Translations under genes and position numbers: made by a program
The notes under the pieces: model-generated
Seen by the model: only the letters and a program-made list of their open reading frames with translations
Told to the model about the DNA's origin: nothing
Databases searched by the model: none
Origin: Bdellovibrionota bacterium
GTDB lineage: Bacteria; Bdellovibrionota; UBA1018; CAIPTA01; JAALKR01
Length of the DNA stretch: 64,000 nt
Direction of reading: 5' to 3'
Assembly: GCA_965207455.1 (NCBI GenBank)
Contig: CBDBMJ010000001.1
Coordinates: 1,216,001-1,280,000 of the forward strand
Shown here: positions 11,647-21,339 of the stretch, one piece after another
Layout of the letters: every line of letters starts with the position of its first letter
Numbering within the stretch: the first letter of the stretch is position 1

Positions 11647-12344
11647 TTTTGTTGGCTGGGGTGGTAGGATTCAACCCACTACAGGAAATCCCTTCCAAGG
11701 GATTTCCCTGCGTAGGCTCCCCTACGCAACTCAAAAAATCTTCCTGATTTTTTTCCCCTCACTAGCTTCTCGCTAGCTCGAAGCCAGTGCGGGTCATTGC
11801 TTCGCGTTCGAATCCCCCTGCTTATTTTCTTATGTGTCTTATGTGTGGGTGCATGAGTTTAATAGGTGTTTATTTTGTTGGCTGGGGTGGTAGGATTCAA
11901 CCCACTACAGGAAATCCCTTCCAAGGGATTTCCCTGCGTAGGCTCCCCTACGCAATTCAAAAAATCTTCCTGATTTTTTTCCCCTCACTAGCTTCTCGCT
12001 AGCTCGAAGCCAGTGCGGGTCATTGCTTCGCGTTCGAATCCCCCTGCTTATTTTCTTATGTGTCTTATGTGTGGGTGCATGAGTTTAATAGGTGTTTATT
12101 TTGTTGGCTGGGGTGGTAGGATTCAACCCACTACAGGAAATCCCTTCCAAGGGATTTCCCTGCGTAGGCTCCCCTACGCAATTCAAAAAATCTTCCTGAT
12201 TTTTTTCCCCTCACTAGCTTCTCGCTAGCTCGAAGCCAGTGCGGGTCATTGCTTCGCGTTCGAATCCCCCTGCTTATTTTCTTATGTGTCTTATGTGTGG
12301 GTGCATGAGTTTAATAGGTGTTTATTTTGTTGGCTGGGGTGGTA
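11647..12344 (-). repeat. Tandem array of three 226-bp tRNA-3'-end-linked repeats plus a terminal att copy
   Basis: The same G recurs at 11651, 11877, 12103 and 12329. Units are identical except one SNP. Each contains 22 bp identical to the tRNA-Gln 3' end and several hairpins. Confidence 0.95.
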
Positions 12345-12422
12345 CAGGCAACTGTAAATGTTTAATTTCACAGTGTTATACTTTGCCCAAATAATACAAA
12401 AGGATCACCTTCTAAAAAAATA

Positions 12423-13535
12423 TTATTTACCTTCTATTTCATCTGAAAATCGCAACACTTTTGCTACTTCCAGTGATGGATTATGAAGTTTGTTAAGACA
12501 ATCGCTTGCTCCGCGAATATCAATTCCAGCTTTACGAATATAGATCATCATGGTCTTCATATCCTTCCAGCCTCCAATCTTCATTACCTTCACCGGCTCT
12601 ACTCCTTTACTTAGCATAAGCGTTGCCCATGTTGCTCTCAAGTCATGAAAGCGAACTGGGGGAATCCCTATGCCCATAAGGAACATTCTTAGTTGCTTGG
12701 ATTGATCGCTCTGATCCCATCTGTAAACTCTAGGAAGCACAAAACCCGAAGGGTCTGTAGCTTCAAGTTTTAACTGCTGGAATGTAGCGAGCAGGGGCAA
12801 AGCAATTTCCACAATACGATCATCACCTGACTTTGTAGATTTGAAACCATCTTTATTGTTCCAAGCGCAATCTACTAAAATTTGGCGATTTTCTAGGTTC
12901 ACCTTATCCCAAGTAAGGGCGTAAAGCTCACCGTTTCGCATACCTGTGTAAACAGCAGTAACCCAAATTGGATACCACTCGTTTCCCATTAGCTTTGCTT
13001 TATCTAAGAAAGTTTTGACTTGTTCCTCCGTAAGTACTTTCTTAATCTTATCCCCAAACCTAAAATGCATTTTCGGTGTGGGGTTACAACTAATATAGCC
13101 TTTCTCAAGAGCAAAGTTCATAGCACCTCGAATATACTTAAGAACACTTTTTTTATGGCTTTCTGATTTATCAGACAATTTTTCTGCAATTATCTGACGT
13201 ATCTCATCTCCCATAATTTTGTCCACAGGTCTATCCTTCCATTCAGACAAAGTATGCGCCTGAAGGCAAGAGGTGTAGTTATGAATGGTCCTCTCCATAA
13301 GACCAGAGTTTCGTTGCGATCTCTCATACTCATTTAAAACAATGCCCCAATTTGGTGATACCACCTCATGGAGCTTTGCCTCTACAAGAGCTATAAGTTC
13401 ACGCTCTACTTTCCTTGCTTGAGATTTTGTTTTTATATTTTTTCGTTTTAAGTTACACGGCTTTTTCGTTACTGGGTGTCGTTTGATGTACCAAACTCTC
13501 CAAGTATTCGTTTTCTTATCTAATTTAATTCCCAT
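12423..13535 (-). CDS. Tyrosine recombinase/integrase
   Basis: TGMRNGEL, FHDLRATWAT and GGWKD.KTMMIY catalytic motifs. Confidence 0.95.
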   Translation of the reverse strand: MGIKLDKKTNTWRVWYIKRHPVTKKPCNLKRKNIKTKSQARKVERELIALVEAKLHEVVSPNWGIVLNEYERSQRNSGLMERTIHNYTSCLQAHTLSEWKDRPVDKIMGDEIRQIIAEKLSDKSESHKKSVLKYIRGAMNFALEKGYISCNPTPKMHFRFGDKIKKVLTEEQVKTFLDKAKLMGNEWYPIWVTAVYTGMRNGELYALTWDKVNLENRQILVDCAWNNKDGFKSTKSGDDRIVEIALPLLATFQQLKLEATDPSGFVLPRVYRWDQSDQSKQLRMFLMGIGIPPVRFHDLRATWATLMLSKGVEPVKVMKIGGWKDMKTMMIYIRKAGIDIRGASDCLNKLHNPSLEVAKVLRFSDEIEGK

Positions 13536-13881
13536 ACTGATTCTCCTTATCTTTGTTAGAAAGACTTTGAAGGACCATATTTAATAACTCAGACCGAAGG
13601 TATCTATTCCTCCTTCCAAGTTTATGAACTGGAATTTGACCCTCACATACCATGTTCAGTAAAGAACCTCTTGAGAGCCTCAGATAATCAGCCGCCTCTT
13701 CCGTATTTAATATCTCATGATTTTTCAAAGAACGACTAGCCTCAGCACAACAGCCAGAAGCTAATATCATATTTCTATTTGACTGAGCTTCATCAGTTTT
13801 GTCAACCTTTTTATTTTCCCCATTAAATTCTCCATGCATATCTTCTCTTCCTTCCATTTTTTTAGTTCTCTCATTTTCCAT
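13525..13881 (-). CDS. Excisionase-like HTH protein
   Basis: ILNTEEAADYLRLS....LNMV.EGQIP..KLGRRNRY motif; overlaps the integrase start. Confidence 0.8.
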   Translation of the reverse strand: MENERTKKMEGREDMHGEFNGENKKVDKTDEAQSNRNMILASGCCAEASRSLKNHEILNTEEAADYLRLSRGSLLNMVCEGQIPVHKLGRRNRYLRSELLNMVLQSLSNKDKENQYGN

Positions 13882-13942
13882 TTCTATCCTCTCCTATCCG
13901 TTCCTCTCCTTCCTCCCCTACCCCCCTACCCAACCCATAACC

Positions 13943-14020
13943 TTTTTTTCCTGACCACACTCACTCTATTACCCAGTAATAATTCTTTAGAATGTAGGGT
14001 GAGTGTGGTCAGGAAAAAAA
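13943..14020. repeat. Long inverted repeat (26-bp arms, 1 mismatch, 26-nt spacer)
   Basis: TTTTTTTCCTGACCACACTCACTCTA (13943-13968) and TAGGGTGAGTGTGGTCAGGAAAAAAA (13995-14020). Confidence 0.9.
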
Positions 14021-14090
14021 TTGGAACTTTTGGGGGTAGTGGATTCTTTCCTAAAGCACTAATTATATTTGATAATAGTTTTTTAAGTTC

Positions 14091-14990
14091 TTAGAAATCG
14101 ATCTCATTTTGTTGAGGCACGTTAGCCCTATTTTCAATGCAATGATTGTCACGGTCATAATGATCAATTTCTCTTAAATAGTGAATCCAATTCTGCAACA
14201 ATGTGTCTTCACCATCAAGATTAAATATTTCATTTAAAGGCATTTTTCCCATTCCCATCAAGAAAGAAAACATAAAAAAATTTTCAGAGTAATGCTGTAT
14301 TCGATAACTTCCACGCCACACTTTGGATTTAAAAATATTACTTATTGTATCGGCAATTATCCTTTCTTCGCATACATAAAGCACACCATCTAGGAGCGTT
14401 AAATTAGCGTATTTTGTAATTTTTTTAACCAATCTTTTTGAGCTTTTTCTCGTTCTTTCTATTTCAACTGCTACACCAACTCTAGGCTTTATCTCTTTTC
14501 TTGGAAAAATCAGCAGCAAGTCTGGATAAATATCTCTTTCTTTATGTTGTAATTGCAATATGTTTTTTGCCTCTTTATTATGCGGTATTTTATAATCAGG
14601 TACCACAACAGCATCAGGATAAAGATGCCTTAATTTGTCTGCCCATACAGCACAATACTGCGCATGAAGCAACTCTTGTGTTCGAAAATATGGCTGCCTT
14701 AGATCATCAACACTTATTTTCATGAAATTTGCTGCTAATTCTAAATCCATTTCAGATTTACTTATCTCATAATAAATATTCTGTGCGTGCAGTGCTTTCT
14801 CTCCACGCTTGAATATAAATCCTCTTCTTAGCAGCCGAAGCAATACATCTTGAAGCCTTTTTCGTTTGATTACTGGCTTCATTAGTTGCTCAATAGTATG
14901 TAAATGAAGCGGACCATATAGGCTTAAATGCTTCATTACTTCTCTAGCTCTTGTGTAAGGTTTCTTTGAGTCATGTGCTTTATCAATCAT
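14091..14990 (-). CDS. Replication-relaxation-family-like protein (wHTH + PD-(D/E)xK)
   Basis: N-terminal winged helix, 'LLHAQYCA', 'YPDLLL' and 'VAVEIERTRKSSKR..KKI.KY'. Confidence 0.6.
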   Translation of the reverse strand: MIDKAHDSKKPYTRAREVMKHLSLYGPLHLHTIEQLMKPVIKRKRLQDVLLRLLRRGFIFKRGEKALHAQNIYYEISKSEMDLELAANFMKISVDDLRQPYFRTQELLHAQYCAVWADKLRHLYPDAVVVPDYKIPHNKEAKNILQLQHKERDIYPDLLLIFPRKEIKPRVGVAVEIERTRKSSKRLVKKITKYANLTLLDGVLYVCEERIIADTISNIFKSKVWRGSYRIQHYSENFFMFSFLMGMGKMPLNEIFNLDGEDTLLQNWIHYLREIDHYDRDNHCIENRANVPQQNEIDF

Positions 14991-15286
14991 TGAGCACCTC
15001 TTTTTCTATTTCCTCCCTGGACTTTATTTTTTAAAGTTTCTATCTTTTCTGATACTGCTTTTATATCCATATTTTTTTGCTTCAACATAATACGAAGTGC
15101 TATTTTGATATTAGTGTTCCTCGATCGCAAATCCTCAATATTAACTTTTGTATTTACTATTATTTCATTTATGACATCTGAGTACTTTATCTTCCCATAC
15201 TCGAAGCCATCATTTGCTCTCTCAACAATATCTTGCAAAGACTGAAATGCCTTATCAGATAGATTTACCTGTAATTTTTTATTCAT
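14987..15286 (-). CDS. Small RHH-like DNA-binding hypothetical protein
   Basis: N-terminal 'KKLQVNLSDKAFQSL' strand-helix pattern; ATGA-coupled to the downstream gene. Confidence 0.55.
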   Translation of the reverse strand: MNKKLQVNLSDKAFQSLQDIVERANDGFEYGKIKYSDVINEIIVNTKVNIEDLRSRNTNIKIALRIMLKQKNMDIKAVSEKIETLKNKVQGGNRKRGAQ

Positions 15287-15761
15287 TATTTTCCCTTCTC
15301 ATATTTATTTTTAATAATTTAGCTTTACAAGTCTTAAGTGAACAAGTAAGTTCTGTAAAGGATAAAAAAAATAATTAACGAAAAAAATTCTATCGTTAAA
15401 AAAAAGTAAAAAAATAAATCATAAAAATATGTTCACATAAGCTCACAGGGAATCATGAGGAATCATGGGGAATCACGCCAGACATGCAAAAAATCATTCT
15501 TCCCTCCAAGGAATTCTGAGAAATTCAATCAACAATCATTGCTGTTAAAGCCTTGTTTTGAAACGATTAAGACAGGTATTTTATTAGTTCTTTTGAGATT
15601 TTCATATAAAGATATTTTTATCTAGCACAAAACTCAGACTTCTATAGCTAGAAACTAGAAAAGTAACCTTTCCCCCCTTCTCCATAAAAAAACCTCTTAC
15701 CATAAGGCAAAGAAATAGGGTTTTACTTTTTTATTTTACCTGTTTTTTGAATTATTTTTTT

Positions 15762-15777
15762 TGGCACACAATATGCA
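15762..15777 (+). promoter_or_regulatory. Possible sigma54 promoter
   Basis: TGGCAC-ACAAT-ATGCA (GG-N10-GC), about 95 bp upstream of the MTase. Confidence 0.4.
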
Positions 15778-15871
15778 TACCTTGTAAGAGAACACTAAAT
15801 TAAAGAAAATATGGAGGAAAACGTCATTTTTTAGTGGTTTTGTGTCAAGAAAAAATGATTAATTTAAAAAA

Positions 15872-17218
15872 ATGAAAATAAAAATTGATTTAAAAGAAAA
15901 CACGGTAATTTGTGGTGATGCTGAGGATTGGCTTGAGCATATACCTGATAATAGTATTGATATGGTTTATATCGATCCACCATTCTTTTCCAATAAAAGT
16001 TATGAAATAGTCTGGGGCAATGGCTTTGAATTACGTTCTTACGATGACCGATGGAAAGGTGGGATTGAGCAATATATAAATTGGATGGAAACTAAAATAA
16101 AAAAACTTGAAAGAATTATTAAACCAAATGGAAGTATATTTTTACATTGCGACTGGCATGCATCTCATCGATTACGTTACTTGCTTGATGAGGTTTTTGG
16201 AGAAAAGAGATTTATCAATGAAATAATATGGTGTTACACACAAGGCAGATCCTCACAAAATGCATTTGGAAATAAACATGACACAATATTCTGGTACTAT
16301 AAGGCTAAGACCTCTGGTGATAAAAATTATACATTTAATGTAAAAAATATAAAAATACCACATGAATTAATTTCTGAAAAATCTTCCTGTTCTTTTACTA
16401 AAACTGATAAAGATGGAAGGAAATATAAAGAAATATATGGAACTGGTAGCAAACATAAAAAATACAAATATTACAAGGATGAAGGAAAGATACCATATGA
16501 CTGGTGGACAGATATTCCTAAAATCACAGGTAGAGCTGCTGCATCTGAAAAAAATGAAAAAATTGGCTATAAGACACAAAAACCAGAATCGCTACTTAAA
16601 AGAATAATTGAATGTTCGACCAATGAGGGGGATATAGTTTTAGACTGTTTTGGAGGTGGTGGCACGACAGCAAAAGTAGCTGCAGACTTAAATAGGAAAT
16701 TTATTATAGGAGATGTTTCTCCCGTAGCTGTTCGAGTAATTGCTTATAGATTAAACGAAGCAAAACATGTTTATAGTGTTAAAGGTACACCACACACTAA
16801 AGAAGAATGGTTAAAATTAGATGGTAAGGAATTTGAAAAAATCTTCTGTGACTCCATGGGCTACCAACATAGTGGAACTAAGGGACCAGATGGTGGTGTT
16901 GATGGCTGGGCGAATAAAAAAAGTATTCCAGTGCAAATAAAGAATCATAAAAAAAGACAGGGTGCTGCTGATATAAAAAAATTTCTAGGGACAATGCACA
17001 CTTTAGATAAAAAAATTGGAATTTTTGTAGCTTGGTCTTTTGCTTCATCAGCACATGAGTTATCTGCGAAATTAAAAAAAAGAAAAATAGACCTACGGTT
17101 GATCGAGGTTGGAGAAGTCTTAAAGCCTCTAATACTGAATGATGATCAGCGCAAGGAGCAAAATATACTTTATACGGATAGAGTCATGAATAAGAAACAA
17201 CTAGATAAAGCAAAATAA
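15872..17218 (+). CDS. Beta-class N4/N6 DNA methyltransferase fused to a C-terminal Mrr-like endonuclease domain
   Basis: DPPF precedes TQKPESLL and LDCFGGGGTT; the C-terminus has EFE…GPDGGVDG…VQIK. Confidence 0.85.
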   Translation: MKIKIDLKENTVICGDAEDWLEHIPDNSIDMVYIDPPFFSNKSYEIVWGNGFELRSYDDRWKGGIEQYINWMETKIKKLERIIKPNGSIFLHCDWHASHRLRYLLDEVFGEKRFINEIIWCYTQGRSSQNAFGNKHDTIFWYYKAKTSGDKNYTFNVKNIKIPHELISEKSSCSFTKTDKDGRKYKEIYGTGSKHKKYKYYKDEGKIPYDWWTDIPKITGRAAASEKNEKIGYKTQKPESLLKRIIECSTNEGDIVLDCFGGGGTTAKVAADLNRKFIIGDVSPVAVRVIAYRLNEAKHVYSVKGTPHTKEEWLKLDGKEFEKIFCDSMGYQHSGTKGPDGGVDGWANKKSIPVQIKNHKKRQGAADIKKFLGTMHTLDKKIGIFVAWSFASSAHELSAKLKKRKIDLRLIEVGEVLKPLILNDDQRKEQNILYTDRVMNKKQLDKAK

Positions 17219-17681
17219 ATAGAAATTTGACTTTTCCTTACTATTAAGTAATATTCTCTGATTATGTGGGGACAAGTTATTAAAATTAAACCAAATCCCG
17301 ACCCTTCACTTCAAGATATTTTGCGTCAATTCAGAATGAGTGATGAAGACATAGATAGCATTATACTTCTCCTAGAAAAAGAGGGCGCATTAAATAATGT
17401 AATCACACTGGATATGCCTATTTGCCATAGTTAAAGTGAGCAGAGTTAATGCGTCTTGTCCTCTTAGGCATTAGGTAAACAAACCAGAGTGAGCTGCTAA
17501 GAGAAGACATATCTTTACCAAAACTCAGCTTTCCCCTTCGCCAGCTATTCAGAACTGTTTGTGTTTCTGGGAGATTTTCCTGCTCGTTTAGACTTCATTT
17601 TTGCTTTAACGACCACAGCCTCTTCTTCCTCTCCAACATAAGATAAGCAAGAGCATTAAAATATATAAAAATAAGGCTTTA

Positions 17682-18365
17682 TTAATACGCTCTTGGACTA
17701 TTTATTCCATATTGGTCATTTAATTCCTGTTTCTGATGCAAACTTGAAAAATCTTCTTTAATCTCTTTTGTTATTCTGTATTTGTCTATGTTTTGAGATT
17801 TATCATAAGCATTCTCAATATATCTTTTAGGGTTGTCCAAAAAGTTATCCTCTGAAATAAAAGAAATATAAGAACCCTCCAATGTGGAGTATGTCTGACA
17901 TACCTCGCAAATATATTTTTCCTCTTTTAGATTAAACCTATTTTTGTAAATAATTTCATAAAATTTTGAATTGTCATAATAAATTCCAATACAACCATCT
18001 TCTTTATATTCTTTTTTAGCAACCCAATCATAAGAGCCATTACTTTTGGCAATAACTCCAATAATTCCATTAATACGAGAAGTACTTTCGCCTCTGGTAA
18101 TTTCTTTTAATGAATACTTTATCTCCCAATCAATCCAGTTACTCTCTATTATTTTTGGAGAAACAATCACTATAGTCACGGATGTATCAAAAAGCATCTC
18201 CTTTAAATTTTCTTTTATAGTTTCTGTTTGCCTATCCGTTTGGTCAGGAGAATCTGCCGTTTCTCCTTCATAGTACTTTGAATCTGCTCCCAACGATCTT
18301 ATTATTTTGTCTCTTAAATTTTTAGACTCTGAGTATTTGTATGAAATAAATGTTTTTCTTGCCAT
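17682..18365 (-). CDS. ThsB-like TIR-domain protein (MTH538/DUF1863 type)
   Basis: KTFISYKY, TSVTIVIVSP and WIDWEIKYSL (catalytic Glu intact). Confidence 0.85.
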   Translation of the reverse strand: MARKTFISYKYSESKNLRDKIIRSLGADSKYYEGETADSPDQTDRQTETIKENLKEMLFDTSVTIVIVSPKIIESNWIDWEIKYSLKEITRGESTSRINGIIGVIAKSNGSYDWVAKKEYKEDGCIGIYYDNSKFYEIIYKNRFNLKEEKYICEVCQTYSTLEGSYISFISEDNFLDNPKRYIENAYDKSQNIDKYRITKEIKEDFSSLHQKQELNDQYGINSPRAY

Positions 18366-18376
18366 TATTAAAACCC

Positions 18377-18815
18377 TCAGTTAACTTTTAAAATAAAATA
18401 TGCTACCGTCGTTATAACAGGTATTAAATAAAAAAACATTGTTTTCGAAAAACAAGCATGCAAATAATCACAAGGAGATCGATGGGGCGTATGCATCAAA
18501 AAATTAGTCTCTTTTTCCTAGTCTCTTTTTCCAAACTAACTTTATCGTATAAATTCCTAAAACGCTCTTCTAACATTAAATAAAATCCATCAAGAAGCCA
18601 AAAGCTTATTGTCGGAATACACATTATGCAAGATATAAAAGCTGCCCTCTATTGCGCACTCCGTTTTTGCCATTACCAAAAGAAACGCTGTTGTAATAGC
18701 TATACTTCACAACTTAAGCATAAACGAATTTTACGCTATACCTTCAATCACAGACTGAATCATTTTTAGATGCTTAGTAAAATCTCCTTGCGAGCACACG
18801 CATTATTCCTTTCAT
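18377..18815 (-). pseudogene. Decayed homolog of the 3TM membrane protein at 21340-21798
   Basis: Reads KHLKMIQSVIEGIA*NSFMLKL*SIAI…FWLLDGFYLMLEERFRNLYDKV…FSKTMFFYLIP. It has two stops, a frameshift and a 14-bp duplication (18505-18532). Confidence 0.8.
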
Positions 18816-18852
18816 AGCTAATTATTATTAATTTGCTTTGGCCCCCATTTCA

Positions 18853-19677
18853 CTAGACACCTCGGTTAATATTTCTATACTCCAAAGGACTCATCATTCC
18901 AAGTCCTGAATGTGGAGCCTTTTCATTATAATCTTTAATCCACCCCTTCAGCATCCTCAAGGTTGTCTTTGCATTAACACAGTCTGACATATAAACATAG
19001 TCTCGCTTTATCGTTCCGACAAACGCCTCTGCCATACCGTTAGACTGGGGCGTATATGCCTTGGTAAAACAAGACTTCAGACCAAGTCTCCTTCCCATTT
19101 GAACAGTCTCGTGCGCCCTATAGATTGCTCCTCTGTCGCTCAAGAACTGTATCTCTCTGAGTGTTTTATCTTTCCCGAATCTCTTTTCGACACCCTCAAG
19201 CATTAACAGTTGGATATCGACTGCAAGAAGAGGGCGATTGTGTGCAACATAAGAAATTGCCTCCCGATCGTGACAATCAAGAGCAAAAACAACATAAACT
19301 TTCTCCCCATTATAACAATGTATTTCAAAACCATCTGAGCACCATCTTGTATTAGACTGAATCGTTATGATCTTCCCTGTAGGCTCATGTTTATTTTCAA
19401 CAGGATTTTTTTTGAACAAAAGGTCATTAATATCCATTACACGGCAAATTCTTTTACGATTGTACGTCGAGAGATTCTTTTTCCTCCTCTCTTTATTAAT
19501 CATAGCCGTAATCCTTTTGTACCCATAAGTCTCTCTTTCCTTCATCACTTTATTAATTTCATCAAGGACATTTGAATCTTCTTTTTTAGCATATCTCTTT
19601 ACAGTTTTTCCTTTCGGCTTCCAATAAATTGATGACCGTGAGTTTCCTAAAGTTTTACAAATAATTGTTTTATTCAC
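18853..19677 (-). CDS. IS3-family transposase OrfB (DDE)
   Basis: SNTRWCSDGFE, LDCHDRE, SDRG and PQSNGMAEAFV motifs. Confidence 0.92.
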   Translation of the reverse strand: MNKTIICKTLGNSRSSIYWKPKGKTVKRYAKKEDSNVLDEINKVMKERETYGYKRITAMINKERRKKNLSTYNRKRICRVMDINDLLFKKNPVENKHEPTGKIITIQSNTRWCSDGFEIHCYNGEKVYVVFALDCHDREAISYVAHNRPLLAVDIQLLMLEGVEKRFGKDKTLREIQFLSDRGAIYRAHETVQMGRRLGLKSCFTKAYTPQSNGMAEAFVGTIKRDYVYMSDCVNAKTTLRMLKGWIKDYNEKAPHSGLGMMSPLEYRNINRGV

Positions 19678-19685
19678 GTTAGCAC

Positions 19686-20051
19686 CTATTTCCTTGATGA
19701 CTTCTTTAGCGAGTTGAGTTGCTTTTGTCGGTATTTTTTTTTAAGAATCTCATTAGCTGTTTTAAAAACCTGATTCTGCACAGAAAGATCACCAAGAGCT
19801 TTTTTGAGATTTTCATTTTCTTGTTTGACCTCTTCCATTTCTTTCAGGACTTCATTTATATTTGGATCATTTTCATTCGGCTTTTTTGATAAATTCATTT
19901 CTCTTTTCCACCTGTGTACGGTTACGGGATGAATCCCATGCTTTCTGGCAAGGATAGAAATGGTCATACCACCAGAACTTAATTCATTCAAAATTCTTAT
20001 TTTGCCCTCCCTCCTATAGTACGGTCTTTTCGGATTTTCTGTATTATGCAT
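19686..20051 (-). CDS. IS3-family transposase OrfA (HTH)
   Basis: LARKHGIHPVTVHRWK plus a coiled coil. An A9 tract (19734-19742) allows a -1 shift into OrfB. Confidence 0.9.
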   Translation of the reverse strand: MHNTENPKRPYYRREGKIRILNELSSGGMTISILARKHGIHPVTVHRWKREMNLSKKPNENDPNINEVLKEMEEVKQENENLKKALGDLSVQNQVFKTANEILKKKYRQKQLNSLKKSSRK

Positions 20052-20204
20052 TGCATCTCCTTAGTTAGGAGGTGTCTAGTTCAAATGGGGGTCACGAACA
20101 AATTGGCTTAATATAGCGTAAAATTCACGCTACAAAAGCCAACAGGGGTCCGGATCTAAAAAGCAGCCTTCGAGTGCCGAGTGCTACTTACTTCGATGTC
20201 TAGG

Positions 20205-20570
20205 CTATTTTAACTCCCATCGAGTCTTCAAAAATTTAATGAGGGATATAAAGTTACTACGTTCCTTGGAAGATAATTTATGACCAAAACGAATCCAATC
20301 TCGCTCAGAGTCATCAATCTGCGATGTTTTGCTTTGAGGCAGGTTAGCCAGTAGTTTGGGATCGACACCCCTAGCAATAAGGAGACGAATTAGAGTATCC
20401 GCATTGACAGTCTTCCGCCAAGCCATTGTTCGTAAGGTTTCGGGACTAAGACCAGCTTTTTTTGCTAATTTAGCTCGTTCCTTTGAAGTCATGCCTTCGG
20501 GAACAGCAAAGTCCATTAAAGCATTAATAATTGATTTCACAGTCTTATCTATTTCAGCCATACGGGTCAA
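20205..20570 (-). CDS. HTH transcriptional regulator (XRE-like)
   Basis: KLAKKAGLSPETLRTM HTH-like motif. Confidence 0.55.
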   Translation of the reverse strand: MTRMAEIDKTVKSIINALMDFAVPEGMTSKERAKLAKKAGLSPETLRTMAWRKTVNADTLIRLLIARGVDPKLLANLPQSKTSQIDDSERDWIRFGHKLSSKERSNFISLIKFLKTRWELK

Positions 20571-20675
20571 CCCTTCACATTCAGACTATCTATCTAAAAC
20601 AATTTAGCACATACAAAAATATTGTTATATTTATTGATTAATCATAACGAAATATGTTATAAAGGAACTGAAAGT

Positions 20676-21047
20676 ATGATTGAAATAAAAAAGCACGAAG
20701 CTCAAAATATATTTGACTCCTATGACGACTATATCTCGCACCTAAAACAAGCATACGCATTATTGCAAGATATACGAAATAGCAAGAATCCTTCTTTTTC
20801 CAAAATTGTACCAGAGCATTTGGAAGTTGAGTTTACTAATTCCACAAAAACTGTCCGACTGTATTATCCTCGAAACAAGGGCATTATTATAATTCAATTT
20901 CCGATGAAGAAAGGAGTTAGTGCGAAAAAAAGAAATGCCTTGCGAGAAAAAGCCCTTATTACTTTTGGAGTTATTGTTAAAATTAATGAACGAGCAATGG
21001 CTGAAGAGTTTGCTATCAGCAAAAAGATTTTCGACTCAAAGACGTGA
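20676..21047 (+). CDS. Hypothetical protein
   Basis: ORF with an AAGGA RBS before ATG 20676; divergent from the HTH gene. Confidence 0.55.
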   Translation: MIEIKKHEAQNIFDSYDDYISHLKQAYALLQDIRNSKNPSFSKIVPEHLEVEFTNSTKTVRLYYPRNKGIIIIQFPMKKGVSAKKRNALREKALITFGVIVKINERAMAEEFAISKKIFDSKT

Positions 21048-21051
21048 ACAT

Positions 21052-21237
21052 ATGTCAAATAATAAAGTGCCTCAAACAATTACCGAAGAACTTAAATTAA
21101 TAGAAAGCCTTACTGCCATAGCGAAGAAGAATTTTAAAAAATGCAGACATCCTAAAAACCTATCTCTCCAAGAGGATCTTCAAGAGATTAGTAAAATACT
21201 CATTTTAATCATCTACAAGCAAGAGTCGCTAAAATAA
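21052..21237 (+). CDS. Small hypothetical protein
   Basis: ATG 4 bp after the previous stop; 61 aa. Confidence 0.4.
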   Translation: MSNNKVPQTITEELKLIESLTAIAKKNFKKCRHPKNLSLQEDLQEISKILILIIYKQESLK

Positions 21238-21339
21238 AAAGATTAAGTACTCGGCAGAATTCAAAACCAGCAGTTGATTTTGCAAATGAAATTAGCAGGG
21301 CAATTAAAAAAATGTGGTATGATGAGGCGAAGGTAGGAG

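Larger units (their letters stand above)
18834..20100 (-). mobile_element. IS3-family (IS2-like) insertion sequence
   Basis: TG…CA ends with imperfect IRs (…CCCCCATTT…ACTAGACACCT); AATT flanks both sides; orfA/orfB layout. Confidence 0.92.

Noticed and set aside
11651..11700. Additional tRNA genes in the repeats
   Set aside because: Only the 3' ~24 nt match; there is no D-arm or anticodon arm.
11647..12344. CRISPR array, or the repeated 71-aa ORFs (11787-12002, 12013-12228) as genes
   Set aside because: Units are identical with no unique spacers and no cas genes; the ORFs are by-products of the repeat.
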